NCBI GenBank assembly: GCA_043815805.1
Contig: JBDRIN010000103.1
Span: forward strand, 1-24,000
Reading direction: 5' to 3'
DNA: 24,000 nucleotides
From: an archaeon
Lineage (GTDB): Archaea; Nanobdellota; Nanobdellia; Woesearchaeales; JBDRIN01
Shown here: in pieces, positions 23,044 to 24,000 of the stretch
Numbering within the stretch: position 1 is the stretch's first letter
How the letters are laid out: each line of letters starts with the position of its first letter
Translations under genes and position numbers: made by a program
The notes under the pieces: generated by a model
Told to the model about the DNA's origin: nothing
Databases searched by the model: none
The model's input: only the letters and a program-made list of their open reading frames with translations

Positions 23044-23448
23044 ATGGCACAAGATGCGTATTTTGTACATATAAGAAGCCCTGTTGATTTCCGCAGGACC
23101 TTGCTAGAGAGCTCCCGAGAAATCATACACCTGATGCAAGACTATCAGACGCTTCTTGAGTTAAGGAAGCAGAGGCTTGATATGGAAAGGTGCTTTAAAG
23201 AAGAAACAAGAGAGATCATGCTTCTCGTCAATAAGTTGGAGAAAGCACTGCCAAAGCATTCCTTGAACAAATTGAAGGAAGTCCTGCCAGGAGTCATTGA
23301 AGAAGAGAAGAAAAGGCAGCCTGCAAAAGCAAAAAAAGGCAAGAAGAAACCTGCTAAAAAAGAAGTTCTCAAGACTAAACAGGTCTCTGACATCAAGAAG
23401 CTGGAGAAAGCGCTTGAGAGCATTGATTCGAAGCTGCATAGTTTGTGA
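23044..23448 (+). CDS. hypothetical protein P3, 134 aa, helical module plus Lys-rich region
   Basis: The ATG at 23044 is 1 nt after the P2 stop (TAAAATG); the track start at 23026 is a TTG. YFVHIRSPVDFRRTLL...NKLEKALP has the same 65-residue span and the same beta-start pattern. It is followed by KKRQPAKAKKGKKKPAKK. Confidence 0.6.
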   Translation: MAQDAYFVHIRSPVDFRRTLLESSREIIHLMQDYQTLLELRKQRLDMERCFKEETREIMLLVNKLEKALPKHSLNKLKEVLPGVIEEEKKRQPAKAKKGKKKPAKKEVLKTKQVSDIKKLEKALESIDSKLHSL

Positions 23449-23462
23449 ATTCTAAAGAAACC

Positions 23463-23470
23463 TTTATATC
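23463..23470 (+). promoter_or_regulatory. TATA-box candidate (TTTATATC) for the 23493 gene
   Basis: Centre is about 26 nt upstream of the ATG at 23493. This supports trimming the track ORF 23445..23882. Confidence 0.4.
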
Positions 23471-23492
23471 TACACCGCTATTTCTATCTCTT

Positions 23493-23882
23493 ATGGAACC
23501 TGTTTTTCAATGTGGGGGATATTACGTGCCTGAAAGAGATGGTCCTTTACAAGAATACTTAAAAACCCACAACGGACGTTCTGCTTTTCCTCTTTTTAAG
23601 GGCTATGAGATGTATGAAACGCTCAGAGATGAAGGTTATCTTGCACAGCACTATAGCATTGTTCGTCTGATGTGGAACATCGGCAGGGATGATGAACATT
23701 TTCTTGTTGTTGATGATTTTCAATTAGAAGGCATGGTTGCAGCTGCGCATTCTGGTAGAGACGGAGTTCATGATCCAAAAGATATCTTAACAGATGACGG
23801 ACCGCCCTGGGAAGCATTTCAGCTTAATCCAAAAAAATTATACGAAAAGCTTGAAAATGAGCAGGAACCGGAAATTGATTAA
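23493..23882 (+). CDS. hypothetical protein, 129 aa (MEPVFQCGGYYVPERDG...)
   Basis: ATG ORF with its own TATA box. I recognise no family. Confidence 0.55.
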   Translation: MEPVFQCGGYYVPERDGPLQEYLKTHNGRSAFPLFKGYEMYETLRDEGYLAQHYSIVRLMWNIGRDDEHFLVVDDFQLEGMVAAAHSGRDGVHDPKDILTDDGPPWEAFQLNPKKLYEKLENEQEPEID

Positions 23883-23918
23883 TTTTGTTCTCAAAGTTTT
23901 CTTTCTTGAAGAAAACAT

Positions 23919-23927
23919 TTATAAAAC
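23919..23927 (+). promoter_or_regulatory. TATA-box candidate (TTTATAAAA) with no ATG at the expected leaderless position
   Basis: The predicted start near 23949-23951 lies just before a GC-rich, ATG-free segment. Confidence 0.35.
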
Positions 23928-23949
23928 CCTTATTTCTCCTAAGATTCTA

Positions 23950-24000
23950 ACCTGTGGGGGTGGCGAGAAATCCAGAGAATTTCTGAACCGCCCTTGTACT
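23950..24000 (+). ncRNA. candidate structured ncRNA 5' end (possibly the SRP/7S RNA Alu-like domain), truncated by the window edge
   Basis: The sequence is ACCTGTGGGGGTGGCGAGAAATCCAGAGAATTTCTGAACCGCCCTTGTACT. It is locally GC-rich in an AT-rich intergenic context and contains no ATG. It forms a nested hairpin (GGCG-AGAAAT-loop-ATTTCT-gaa-CGCC) followed by a UGUA-type motif, as I recall from SRP RNA 5' domains. Confidence 0.3.

Overview
This is a compact archaeal chromosomal window of roughly 40% GC, about 90% coding, with most genes on the minus strand. The archaeal call rests on pelota, RadB, a TrmB regulator, a LAGLIDADG intein, and A/T boxes about 26 nt upstream of many ATGs (leaderless-type promoters). 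The gene content and the secreted Cys-rich and lamin-tail-domain proteins suggest a small-genome, possibly DPANN-like, uncultivated archaeon; that placement is inference. Recognisable genes, left to right: TrmB regulator (partial), aspartate racemase, an unknown 256-aa protein, an HTH+ACT regulator, an FmrO/Rmt-type 16S rRNA methyltransferase overlapping pelota, RadB, and an SLC12/CCC-type transporter with two small upstream partners. These are followed by a 4-oxalocrotonate tautomerase, gyrA interrupted by a 433-aa LAGLIDADG intein directly after the catalytic Tyr, and a CYTH/CyaB protein. Next come a wHTH regulator and a tightly coupled operon (LTD surface glycoprotein, unknown wHTH protein, ScpB with a long acidic tail, Zn-ribbon). 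The right end holds a divergent Cys-rich lipoprotein, an HD-like protein and an AmmeMemoRadiSam radical SAM enzyme. Three items are missing from the ORF track or not explained by known families. First, a cluster of four Shine-Dalgarno-preceded micro-ORFs (22-39 aa) runs from poly-Lys to poly-Asp at 14609-15093. Second, a three-gene operon (21980-23448) encodes paralogous ~65-aa helical modules, one fused to a long acidic/proline-rich region. Third, a 197-aa gene sits where ScpA would be expected. A GC-rich structured RNA (possibly the SRP RNA 5' end) may begin at the right edge. No CRISPR array, rRNA or tRNA was seen.
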